This document shows positions 1-12,093 of a DNA stretch of 32,000 bases, piece after piece. The DNA comes from Mycoplasma mycoides subsp. capri. Its GTDB lineage: Bacteria > Bacillota_I > Bacilli_A > Mycoplasmatales > Mycoplasmataceae. The position numbers and the translations under genes were made by a program. Location: assembly GCF_018389705.1 (NCBI RefSeq), contig NZ_CP065581.1:930001-962000 (forward strand), read 5' to 3'. The first letter of the stretch is position 1. Every line of letters begins with the position of its first letter. A model generated the notes under the pieces. That model was not told the origin of the DNA and ran no database searches. It saw nothing but the letters and a program-made list of their open reading frames with translations.

Positions 1-700
1 TTACTCATTCAAATGATTTTGCTCTTAAAACTTGTGAACGCATTTGATTTGCAATTCCTGTTCAAGAAGTAAAAGATAATGCAAATACCATAACTCAAAA
101 TGTAGGTTTAATAATAATAGTAATAGTAATCAAAATAATAATAGAAGGTACATTTGAAATAATTTTAATAATAAAAGTCATTAATTTATCAAATATACGA
201 AAATGACCCATCATAATTCCAATAAATAACCCAATAATTACTTGAATAAAAGTAGCTACAACAGATAAAGTTAATGAATATCTTAATCCATGTCATAATC
301 TAGCTCATAAATCTCTACCTAATGCATCAGTTCCTAAAATATGACCATTAGTAAAAAATGTTTCATTTCTATTTTCTACATCAATTATTAATGGATCTTT
401 TGTAGTTAAAGGAATAATTAAAGATAAAACAATTAAAGTTGCTAAAATAACAAATCCAAATACTCCAGCAAATGATCTTGAAAAACGATAAAAGAATTCT
501 ATAAAAGCATTTTTTTGATTATGCATTTTACTTGTTTCACTAAACTCTAATAAATTACCAACTAGTTGTCATTGTTGATGAGCTAACGGACGTAAAATTT
601 TATTTGGTGCTAAATCAGATCCGCTAATATTTGTTGGACTTAATTCTGCTCTTTTTTTACGATAATGTCAGTTTTTAAATAATTGAGGTAGTTTTATCAT
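1..700 (-). CDS. oppC: Oligopeptide ABC transporter permease OppC (partial, runs off the left edge)
   Basis: Starts MIKLPQLFKNWHYRKKRAELSP.. with ATG at 698-700; contains FYRFSRSFAGVFGFVILATLIVLSLIIPLTTKDPL..HILGTDALGRDL followed by a TGA-Trp. GTDxxGRD is typical of OppC/DppC. Directly downstream of oppB, same frame as ORF 305..526. Confidence 0.9.
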
Positions 701-701
701 A

Positions 702-1775
702 TTAAGCTTTCTTTCTTACTCTTGGATCAATTACTTTATATAAAGCATCACGACATGTATATGACAAAATAGTTAGTAATGAAAATAGAGTTACCATAAA
801 TAAAATAATATTAAAATCTTTTGAAGTAATTGCATTTAATAACAACCCACCAGATCCAGTAATAAAGAAAATTTGTTCAATAAATAATGAACCAATAAAA
901 CTTCCAAAAATTACTACTGGAAAAAAGGTTGCTATTGGAAACAAGGCTGGTTTTAAAGCATGAGTTCAAACAAATCTACGTTTAGTGATTCCTTTTAAAT
1001 AAATAAATTTACAATGTTGAGAATTTAATTCTCTATTTAGTTCAGTTCTAATATATTTAATATAAACAATAATAGAACCAAGAGATAATGAAAACCCTGG
1101 AAGAATATATGATGCTAAATTAGCTTGATCAAAAATATAAGGTATTCCAGCTGATCGGCCTAATAATAACAATCATAAAGCAAATACTAATGATGGGATT
1201 GATGAAAAAATTGAAACTAACACAGTTGCAATATGATCTGGTAATTTATCTGGATTCATACCAACATAAACTCCTAAAGGTATACCAATTAGTAAAGTTA
1301 ACATTACTGAAAATATACCAATTAAAAAGCTTTTATAAAATCTTACTCAAACAAAGTCATTAATTTTTTCACCAGGAAAAACTGATAAACTAATTCCAAA
1401 ATCAAAATGTAAAATGTTATATAAATAAATTCCATATCTAACAAGTAATGGTTGATTTAAACCATAATGCTCTTCAACAGCAGCCTTAGCAGCTTCATCA
1501 AGTCCAGCAGTTAAACCAGTTCCACCTGGTACTGAGTTAATTAAAAAGAAAGTAGCAGTAATAACAATAAAAGCAACAACAAAAAACTCTATAAATATTC
1601 AAATTGTTCTTAGTAATGAAGAAATTCAAGGTGTTTTGATGTTAAAAATACGTTTATGTCAGGAAATATCGTATTTTATTTTGTTACTAAAATCTACATG
1701 TTGTTTATGCTCTATAGCATTTTTTGGTAATGTAGATAAATCATCAACAAAATTAGATGTTGTTTTTGATTTCAT
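702..1775 (-). CDS. oppB: Oligopeptide ABC transporter permease OppB (357 aa)
   Basis: ORF fragments 702..944 and 966..1172 share a frame and join through TGA-Trp codons to ATG at 1775. Contains FFLINSVPGGTG, GLNQPLLVRYGIYL and a C-terminal BPD_transp_1-type membrane domain ending in VIDPRVRKKA. Confidence 0.92.
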
Positions 1776-4732
1776 TATTCTGTCTCCTTAATATCAGTTG
1801 GTAATTTTGGACTTGGTGGAAAGGCTGTATCGTATGCAAATTGTAATGAATAAGTAAATAGATTATCACTTCCATTTACTCTTGAAATTTCTCAATATGT
1901 ATCAACTTCCATTAAAGGAACAACTGGAGCTGCATCACGAATAATTTTTTCTAAAGCTCCAATAATTCCAAATGATGATTGTTCAGTTCATTTTTCTTCA
2001 TTAATTTCTTTTAATGTATATTGATTTGTAAAAAAGGCGTTAACACGTTCAGTATATTCACTTAATGATTCTTCTTTAATTACATCTTTATCTTTATATT
2101 TAGTTTTTCTAAATGATAATTCTAAGATTTTATTTCATAATTTTTCATTAATACGTAAACGTGTTCTTAGTTTGTCAGCTTCACTTTTATATTTTTCATC
2201 AATAATTACTTTTCCAGATTCATCTAGTTTATAACCAATTTCACTAAAGTATTTTTCATAAGTAAATGAACCAGATGGATTATTTCTAAATCCTGTAGTT
2301 TTTGCATTTTTACTATCAATTCCATCAGTTCTAAAAAATACTCTTACATAACTATAAGCATCAGATCCAAATGCATCAAAGTTACGATACAATAGATCAA
2401 ACTCACCTTTAGTTCTTGCATATTCATACACATTTTCAGGTAAGCTTTTAATTTCAATATTAATAAATCCATTAAATGCTTTTCTCATAAAATCTTGTAA
2501 AGCAATACCGGCATTTTGTTGTTCATCAGTTGAATTTGAAATATATTTTAAAGTTAGTGATTTAACATTAGGATGCTTTTGTTTAAATAAATCTAAATAC
2601 TTATTAGCAATATTTAAATCAAAACCTTTATCTGTTCTATCAACATGTTCAAAATTATAAGATTTTGATAAGTGATCTATATGTTTATAATTTTGTACTG
2701 GAATTGCTTTTTTATTATCAACTTTTGTATACATTTCATCATGATCAAATGCGATCTCAATAGCATCTCCAAATGATGAAGAACCTTGACCAAATGCTGT
2801 TCAAGTAATAACTGGATATGAAGAGTTTCAACCAACAATATTTAACATTTCATCACGATTGATTGCATAATAAATTGCATTTCTTAAATCAGAATCATAA
2901 ATATAACGTGAATCAGAGTTTTTATCTAAAGTTTCATATCTTTCTTGATCTAAGTTAAAAGCTAAAGCAATTGTTCCAAATCCAGCAGATTTTTTCATAT
3001 ATTTTCTATATTCTTGATTAGTTCAATAAGGTAATTGACTAATTGCTGGTATTCTTGTAGCTGCAATATACTTATCATCATATAAAGCAGCATTAATATT
3101 AGGATTTGAACTAAAGAAAATTTTGATTTTGTTTGAAATAGTTTTTGGTGCTGAATAATAATTTGGATTTTTACTTAATAATAAATATCCTTGAGGACCT
3201 AAAACTGCATCATCAAGATTAAATGCTCCCGTTGTTAAAAATCTTTCTTTAGTTAAACCAAAATCATTAATTCCACCATTTAATTCAACAAATTTTCTAT
3301 TAATTGGAAATAGTGTTGATAACATATCTTGAACAACATTTGAAATTGAAGTAGGTTCACTTGCAGCGTACTCAACACGTAGTGAATATTCATCTAAAGC
3401 TAATTCTCTATGTCATCTATATTTTTTAGCATCAAAACTATCAATGAACTCATTTGATAAAGTGTCAGAGTTTTTATAAGCTTTATTAACTTCTTTATTA
3501 TAATTTTCAAGATTATTTTCACTATATGTTGTATTTATATGACTTTTTAATTCTCTTGATTGTTGTAGTAATTTTTCAAATTCTTTACTAAACTTTTGTC
3601 TTGGGTCAGAAAATAAATATTTTTTAATTTTAACTGCTTTTCTTTGTAATGTGTTTTTACGTTGTTCTGAACTTAGATTTGGATTTAAATACTCTAAATT
3701 AGGAAGCATTATTATAGTTTCATCAGCATTTGGATCAAAATCAGGAGAATAAGGAATACTACTTAAAATTTCTCTATTTGAATAATTTCAATATAGTCTT
3801 CCTGAATATAAACCTAGTTTTTGAACTGCTTTTTGTAGTTTATCTAAAACTTGTTTTTCTTCTTTAATTAATTCTTGTTTTTCTTTATCTGAAACAGTTC
3901 TATTTTTATACTTACTACTATTTTTTAAAATGTGATCAATTTGTGAAGCATAAAAATTCTTTTTATATCCTTCATTAAATACATCGTATAAATATTTTCC
4001 ATTAATTTCTTTTATTTTTGGATATTGAAATGGATTAGTATAAGTTACACCAAATTTTCTAATGTATTCATTTTGTAAATCAACAACAGTTTGAGCGTTT
4101 GCAAATTTACGTTGTAAGATATTAGTTAGTCTTTGAGATCCAGTTGATAAATCTAAAATATAATGAAGTGCATCAACATAATCATCAGCTACAACTTCAT
4201 CATTATTACTTCATCTACTTTGACCATTATTTAACAAAATATTTACTGATTGAACTTTATTATTACTTAATAAAATACTTGCAGGATGATAAGTACTTTT
4301 ATCAGCACTTAAAGTTCCAGTGGTGTTTCCAAATCCATCAAGTGCATAAAACCTACTAGTTAGATTTGCACTTGGTTCTTTAGTTGTGTAGTATTTATCA
4401 ATACTTGTAATACCTTTTTCTATATCACTATCTGTAAGCTTTATATCATTTGTATAAGCTCCCATTGGAATTTCAGGAATTGATAAAATTCTTTTTAAAT
4501 TTTCACTAGGACCAGATTTTAATGGAGCTTCAACTAAGCTTGGTAATACTTTACTAACTGATGCAAATTTAATGTAGTTTAAAGAGTTAATTGGTTCAGC
4601 TACTAAACCTAGATCATAGTTTCTAACTTCTTTTTTAGATCTTGTATTAGCGACTATTAGTGGAATAGAGGTTGCTAAAATTGCAGCTGATATACCACCA
4701 AATATAATTGAAAATTTAGTTATTTTCTTCAT
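1775..4732 (-). CDS. oppA: Oligopeptide ABC transporter substrate-binding protein OppA (SBP_bac_5-like, ~985 aa), apparently anchored by an uncleaved N-terminal helix
   Basis: Fragments 2135..2734, 3023..3325, 3413..3709 and 4211..4732 are all in one frame, separated only by TGA-Trp codons. N-terminus MKKITKFSIIFGGISAAILATSIPLIVANTRSKKEVRNYDLGLVAEPINSLNYI; RBS AGGAG upstream; stop overlaps the oppB start (TAATG). Confidence 0.85.
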
Positions 4733-4741
4733 AATAATCTC

Positions 4742-7700
4742 CTATTTAACTCCATTAAATTGATCATAAACATAAAGTGTATTTTCATAGTGTTTAAATC
4801 CATTTGCATCAACTTTAACTGGGTTTTTACTTTTTTCCATTCTAATTGGAGCTTGTGAGAATGTTTTTCCATTTTCAGCAATTGATTGAAAATCACCTAA
4901 ATCAGTTTTAATAATATCTTTAGTTCCTTTTTTATCACTTGAAAAATAAACACTATATTTTTGTCCAGGTGTTAATAAGGCATTTTGATATTTAGACATA
5001 ATTGCATAATCACTAACTCATGAAACAAACCCAGTTCCTTTATGATGACCATTAGTATCTTTATAGTCATATTTTTCATGGGCTAAAGTATGACGAATCT
5101 TATCTTTTTGTTCTTGAGTTGTAGCAGCTTCATATTTAGCTTCATTTTCAATATTTTGAGTTTTGTAATAAAACATATTACTACTAAATTGCTTATTAAT
5201 TTTTACTGTTTTAACTTCTCCAGTTTCTTGGTTTTTAAATGCTAAATAATTTGCTTTATTTGCAACATCACTTGATAAATATCCAAACATAGCAACAGCA
5301 TCTTTTGAAGCATCTCTTCAAATACCACTAATGTTTCGCTTTCCTACTCCTTGAGATTGAATGTAATATTGTCAATAAGCATTAACTCTTGAAGTAACTT
5401 TTTTGTTCTCTAAATCTTTAATTCTAATAGTGTCATCTATTATTGGTTTACCATCATCATCATAAAGTTTGAAATCTAAAAAGTCACGATATCATCTATC
5501 TTTAAATCAACCGTTATTAATTGATTGGAATTCTCCAAAATAGCTATTATTATAGTTTGAATCATCACTTAAATTAGATTTTTGAGATAGTTTAGAATTA
5601 CGATATTTTAAATTTAAAGCTTCAGCTTTATTTTTAGCCTCATTATCAACTAATTTTTCATAATCTAAAATAGTATTTACAATACCATTTCTTCCATCAC
5701 TATCATTAATTTTAATTGCACGTTTTTTTCATTTAGCAGTTGTAGTTCCATCAACAACATACTCTAAACCAGTTGTAGCTTCACTAATGTTTGATAAAAA
5801 GCTTGGCATATTTCCAAAATCATGATTACTTGGAGAATAAGTAATTTGTAAGTTGTCACGGTTAATTACTTCAGCAAAACTATAAGTATAATCTGAAAAT
5901 AATTCATTAAATTTACGTTCAGTTTTATTATGGAAATATTCTAGTACATCTTGAGATGGAGAAGTGTGGAACTGAGCAGTTGCTAATGATGAAAATATAC
6001 TTAATAGATCGAACTTTTTATTAGCGATATGAATTTTGGTTTGATCAGTATATAGTTGTATTTTATTATCAAAAACTAGTGCATCAACTAGATTTAATTG
6101 CTTAATTTCTACCTTTAATTCTTTAGCAAATTTATCATATGCATTTAGCATATCTTCAGTACTAATCTCTCATTTGTTCTTGTCTGGATCTTTAATTTTG
6201 AATTCTGTTTTTTTAAAGTCTCCATATCCATGAACTGAATCAAATATTCACCCTAATTCCTTGTTATTTTTAATATCCTCAATAGAAAGCGCACTATTAT
6301 ACATTGCAAAATATGAAGAGCTAAATCTGCGCATTATTTCATTTGCTCATATTTGGTCAGTTTTATCTTTGTTAGCTTTTTCGTAAAACTTTCTGAATGC
6401 TTCTTTTTGATTTGCATTCATTGAAGTAAATGAATCTAATTTATCTAAAACATATGTTTTAAAATTATTTTTAAATTTGTTAATATCAATTTTACCCTTA
6501 ACATAATTTTTATCTCAATTAACAGTTTCATCAGATGCACTATATTTAGCTTTTGTTAAATCTACATTTACAAAATCTAGTCATTTTTGAATATCGCTAA
6601 ATTCTAATCTGTTCTTTTCAAAATTATTAAATGAACCAAATAAACCATTTATAATATTGTGATCAAGAGTTTTTAAAGCATCACCATAATTTAGTTTTAA
6701 CTTAACAACATCTAAAATAGTATTATCTTTACTATTATCAAGTGAAACTACTTGTTCAGACTTATTTATCATATTTCATATACCATCTTTATTAAATTTG
6801 CTTGCAATAAAAGTTGGGGTATATGCTGACATTCATTTTAATATTTTTTTTGCTTCGAATATTTTTTCATATTCTTTTGGTAATCTACTTAAAAAATACA
6901 AATCAGTATAAGCATCTTGCAATTTAACATTAGGCATATACATTTTATTTTTATCAATTCATAATACTTGGGCTGAACCACCATTAGTTGGATTATCTTG
7001 AGAAGAGCCTGCTGTAAACATCGTTGCTAATAATGATGCAAAATTAATTTGACCATTACCATTTACTGGTTTAGAATTTTTTGGATTTGCATATATTAAA
7101 CTAGATTGTTGATCTTTGTATTTATGACTAATTTTATTTTCTGTTCCATCTAAGTTATAATATTTAATTTTGTTTCCGTCTTTATTAGTATCTTTATAAG
7201 AGCCCTTATCAACATCTCTATTTGAAACATAATTACCATAAATCTTTTTAAACATTTCATTTGCTTCATATGGTAATCTTGCACCAAAAATATTTTTAAG
7301 TGCAGGATAATTTAAATCAATTTTAGAATCTAAACTAAGACGTGAGTCTGTTTTATTTCATCCATTTATTGTATATTTATCAACTACTAAAGATTTGATT
7401 GTTTTTTCAACAGTTTTTATTTTTTCATTAACAAATTCAATGGTTTGGGCCGCATTTACACTTTCATTTTTTAAATCTACACCAAGAGGAACATTAATTA
7501 TAGGAGATCCGTCTCTGTTGTAAATTAAAACTTCAGTAATCTTTGTATAATTTCCTTCTGAATCTTTTTCACCTTTTACAACAATTGGTTCAACTGTTTC
7601 ATTATTTCCATTATTATTAATTTGAAATTGTACAGGATTTCCCTTTCCATCTTTAAGTATTCCATTTAACATTTTTAATGAAGCAGGTCTAAACTTTAAT

Positions 7701-10672
7701 TCGCCGTTTTCATCTTTATACATGTATTTGACAACTTCATTATTCTTAGTAGAACTATTAACAGTTGGATTTAATGTACCTGAATAAAAATCGATTGCAT
7801 TAGCAATTCATAAATCAAAAGGGTTAAGTCATTTTTTGTCATTTTCACTTGTTAAGCCATTGTCTTTTTGACGCTCTTTAACAGCTTCTAATAATCCTGC
7901 AAAATCCTGTAAAAATCTTCTCTTTTTATTACTAAAAGCAGTTCTAATATTTGGATCTTCAATATTAACTCCTCAAATATCAGAATCATCTTCTAATCCT
8001 TTTTTATTAGATTTAGTATCAAAACTTATAGAACCATTTTTATCTTTTTTAGCAAAATTAAATGTTGCATATTCTCCATAATCTTTAATTGCACCAAACT
8101 GATCTAATAAACGTTTAGTTTCTAGTTCAATATGAGTACGAGCTTTTAAAAATAAATCAACAGCTTCTCTACTATAATAGTTATTAATGTTTGGTGTTGC
8201 TCCAGGAGTTAAAGCACTAATAAAAATTGGATCACTTCCTTTATTTCCTAGATCATGAGCACCATTTAAAGTAATATGATGTCCATATTCATGAGCTCCA
8301 ACAAATTTTAAAAAGTCAGTTGAAATACCTTTAAAGTTTTTATCTGACATTTTTAAAATCGCTCATAATCCAATACGATCATCTTTTGTAAATCCTAAAT
8401 ATTTACCATTTTCTAGCTTATATTGCATTACACCATTTTCATCAATAACTTTTTTAATATGTGGTCCTTCTAATCATTGTGCTGCGTATGGGACTTTTTC
8501 TAATAATTCATCAATTAGATCTTCATAAGCATCAGTATAAACATCAAAAGTTTTTTCAATTTCTCCTGTTATTGGATTTCTTAAGTCACTTTCTTCTTTT
8601 AATACACTAGGAGAAACCATTTTTTTATAACCTAAAACACTAAAAAAATCATTAGCTGCTCTAATTACACCGTGATTTATATCTGAATTTATAGATAAAT
8701 TAACAACTTTGTTTCCAAATTGTTTTTGTTGATCTGCTTTTTTATCTTTAAGTACTTCTTTTATTGTGATTAATAAATTTTTGTTCTCTTTTTTAACATT
8801 GGTGATATCTGCTTTAAAAACAAGTTTATTAATCTCATTTTGATCAGCATTAGGCTTTAATAATTTTCTTTTAGTAAGAATATCAACTAATTCGATTTTT
8901 GTTTTTGCAACAATTAAATCATTTTCATCTAATAATTGTTTATAACTTATCTTCTCACTAGAATTGTTAGAGTTGAAAGCGTGTTTTGAATAAACAAAAA
9001 AGTCTGTTATACCTTTATTTATATTTTCTCTATCAGAAATAAATTCATCGATATTATAAAAATCTCTTCAATTTAACTTAAGTTTATTACGATTTTCAAC
9101 TAGTGATTCTATTGAAATTAATTCAGGTAATGTATATGCAAAATCAACATTATAGTAATTTTGTTCTTTAAATTGTCTGTTTTTTGTTGATTGGTTAAGT
9201 GTTTGAAGTATTTGTGTTTCTAAATCAAACAAACTTTTTGAAACTTCTTTAAGAATTTTTGATTGTTCCAAACCATTTTTTAAATCGTTGTTATTGTTTA
9301 ACTTGCTTGATTTATCACTAATAGATTTAACTTCTTTTTCAAGTTCTTCAAATTGAGCATTTTTGTCTATTTTTGATTTTTTTAAGTCTTTAATTTGCGT
9401 TTCAATATTTTTTAATTTACTTTTAAATTCTTCAACTGCTTTTGAAAATTGCACATAATCTTTTAACGCAACAAAAGTTGTTTTTTTCTCATTATTAGTT
9501 TGTTCTGTTAAAACATCACCAAAAGCATTGTGAATATAATATTTTGTTTTATCATTAAATGTTATAAGTAATTTTTTATCTACAACTTTATTATTACCAT
9601 TAGGTTTAACTTGATCTTGTTTTACTTCAGCACTTTCAATAGTTTTTTCTTCTAAAATAACATTTTTAGGATCTATATTTTTAAATAAATTATATTTATC
9701 ATTTTTCTTATACTCCGATAATTTTATTTCTAATTTATTCTTAGCTTCATTTAAATTACTAGCTGGAATAACAAATAAATAATCAGATTTATCTTCTAGT
9801 CTTTTGCCTTCTAATTCAGAAAATGAGTTAGAAAAATTGTTATATCAATCTTTTTGTTTATAAGCAAATACTTTTTGACCTTTTAAAAAACTAACATTAG
9901 TAATTCCTCTAAAATATGATTTATCGATTGTTTGTTGGGATAAATTAGCAAGTGAGTTGTAGTTACTAATGTTAGTTAAAAAACTTTCTAGATCTTTTTT
10001 TGTTAAAACTTGTTGATTTAGTTTATAAGTTAATGATTCATGAGCATTACCTCTACCAGATAAACTAGAATAAATTGGTAAAGTTCCAAAAAAGGCATCT
10101 GGATAAAACTTAATAGTTGTTTCTTCTTTGTTTTTATTACTGTGAGCACCTAAAGTAATACTATTACCATTCATCTCAACACCTTTAACAATTGAAAATG
10201 ATTTTAAAGTAATAATTTCAGGTCCTCAAGAAACGTTTTTCATAAACCATTTAGTAAATTTGAAAAATTCTTGTGGACTAACTGCTTCTATGTATTGGTT
10301 ATAGAAATTAAATGAACCATATCTAATATTTAAATAAGGTAAGGCATGATATTTTTTATAGTACTGATCTAAATATTTATCAACACTTAATTCTTTTCCA
10401 TTGACTTTAACAACATCTTTTAATGGATCATAATCAACTTTAAATTTATTATTATGTATTTCTGAAAATTGAGTAACAGGTAAAGCATTTGGATCAATAA
10501 AAGCATTTTTAAATGATTCTTCATCACTAAAATTTTTACGACCTAATTTTTCAACAGATGTATTTGAATATTTATAAGCAGAACCTAGAATAGCAGTAGT
10601 TGCAGCAATAATTAAACTAGCAGATATAGCATATTTATGTCATACATATTTTTTAAAATTTATTTTAGGCAT
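4742..10672 (-). CDS. Very large (~1976 aa) membrane-anchored PDxFFG-family protein with an HEYGHH putative zinc-metallopeptidase motif
   Basis: Nine ORF fragments (4742..4999, 5018..5290, 5729..6151, 6581..6772, 6959..7255, 7358..7723, 7973..8350, 9068..9454, 9845..10174) share one frame and connect through TGA-Trp; total length divisible by 3. N-terminus MPKINFKKYVWHKYAISASLIIAATTAILGSAYKYSN; motif FYPDAFFGTLP; motif FVGAHEYGHHITLNGAHD. Confidence 0.85.
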
Positions 10673-11063
10673 ATTTAATACTCCTTAAACAATATTTTTA
10701 TGTTGATTTTGAATAAAAAAAATAGAGATGTTTAATCTCAATATGAATAAAACGTTATAACCTTTTAATTAATTACTAACTCAACTTAAAAATATTATTA
10801 AAATAAATTTTAAAAATTAATTAGCTATCATATTAATAATATTTCTCTTTTCTAGTTGTTTATTCTATATTAATAGGTATATTATCATAAACTTTTTTAT
10901 AATTGCAAATACTAAAGTGTTTTTTTATTAAAATTTTAATTAAAAATAAAAATAAAATTTTAAATAATCTTTAAAAAAGTCCTTAAAATAAGCTTTTTTT
11001 CTAATTTTATAAAAACATATTTTCTAAAAATATATTTTATTTTTTTATTTAATTAATAATAAA

Positions 11064-11086
11064 AAAACTAGTTTTTAACTAGTTTT
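11064..11086 (-). terminator. Rho-independent terminator downstream of nusG
   Basis: On the minus strand AAAACTAGTTAAAAACTAGTTTTTTTATT: inverted repeat AACTAGTTTT/AAAACTAGTT followed by a T run, ~25 nt after the nusG stop. Confidence 0.7.
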
Positions 11087-11111
11087 AATCATTTTTGATT
11101 CAATTTTTAGA

Positions 11112-11753
11112 TTAATATTCTTTAATAGGTTCAACATTTTTAAATGAAACTTCTAAAGTTGTTCATCTTCCAAACATTTCAATAGCAACAAAAGCTACAC
11201 CTTTAGAAAAGTCCATATCTTTAACAGTACCTTCTTCATTTTCATGAATACCTGATTTAACTCTAACAACATCTCCAACTTTAAAGTTAGCAGTAAATAA
11301 TTCTTTTTTATTAACAGCTTCATTTTTTAAATTTTCTTCTTGTTGTTCTTGTTCATGAGCTTGTTCAATTTCTTCAAGATTTGGTACTAACATATTTAAA
11401 GTTTCTTCAGTTGTTAAAGGAGAAGGTTTAGCTCCACGCCCACTTGATCCAATAAATCCAGTTACTCCTGGAGTATTTCTAATTAAAAATCAAGCTTTTT
11501 CACTCATGATCATATTAATAAAAATATATCCTGGAAATTTATTTTTAATTGAAGATTTTCCTGATTTGCTTACTAAATTAGCTTTTGAAATTTTAATTGA
11601 AAAAACTTCATCTTCAATACTAGCTGATTTAATTTTTTGTTGTAGATCACCTAAAACTTTTTCTTCATGTCCAGTTTGACAAGAAATAACAAATCATTGC
11701 CCTTTAGCTTCTAATATTTCATCTTCTAATTGTTTGATTTCTTCATAAGTCAT
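11112..11753 (-). CDS. nusG: Transcription termination/antitermination protein NusG (213 aa)
   Basis: GQWFVISCQTGHEEKVLGDL, FPGYIFINM, TPGVTGFIGS, and KOW domain FKVGDVVRVKSGIHENEEGTVKDMDFSKG; lies downstream of secE. Confidence 0.95.
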
Positions 11754-11769
11754 AATTTGTTTCTCCTAA

Positions 11770-12093
11770 CTAAATTGCTTTGATTAATCTAAATAAGTAT
11801 TGAATCACAACATCTACACCAAAAAATAATAAAGCAAAAATACTCATAAAAATAATTACTATTAAAAACTTTTTACCCAAACTTCCTGATCCAGTTCATC
11901 TAATTTTAAAAAATTCTTTAGACATTCTAACTGGAAGTTCTTTAAATCATTTTCTAAAATTTTTTGGTTCTTTTTCTTTTTTAACTTTTAGTTTCTTTTT
12001 AGTGGTTTTTGAAATTTTTTGAGTGTTTTTAGGTTTTATATGTTCAACTTGTTCAATTTGTTCAACTTGATCGATGTTAATTTCTTTTTCCAT
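11770..12093 (-). CDS. secE: Preprotein translocase subunit SecE (107 aa)
   Basis: Charged N-terminus followed by RKWFKELPVRMSKEFFKIRW..GKKFLIVIIFMSIFALLFFGVDVVIQYLFRLIKAI; position between rpmG and nusG. Confidence 0.85.

Noticed and set aside
4144-4359. Plus-strand ORF MINLKYNEVHQHNHQ.. (71 aa)
   Set aside because: Antisense to the continuous oppA frame, with low-complexity His/Tyr composition from AT-rich complement; no RBS or family resemblance.
4742-10672. Interpretation as a degraded multi-pseudogene region, as the ORF track suggests
   Set aside because: All nine fragments share one frame and connect only through TGA codons, so the gene is intact under code 4.
10681-11063. CRISPR array or tandem repeat in the AT-rich gap
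   Set aside because: No regularly spaced repeated units are visible; only homopolymer and AT-rich similarity.
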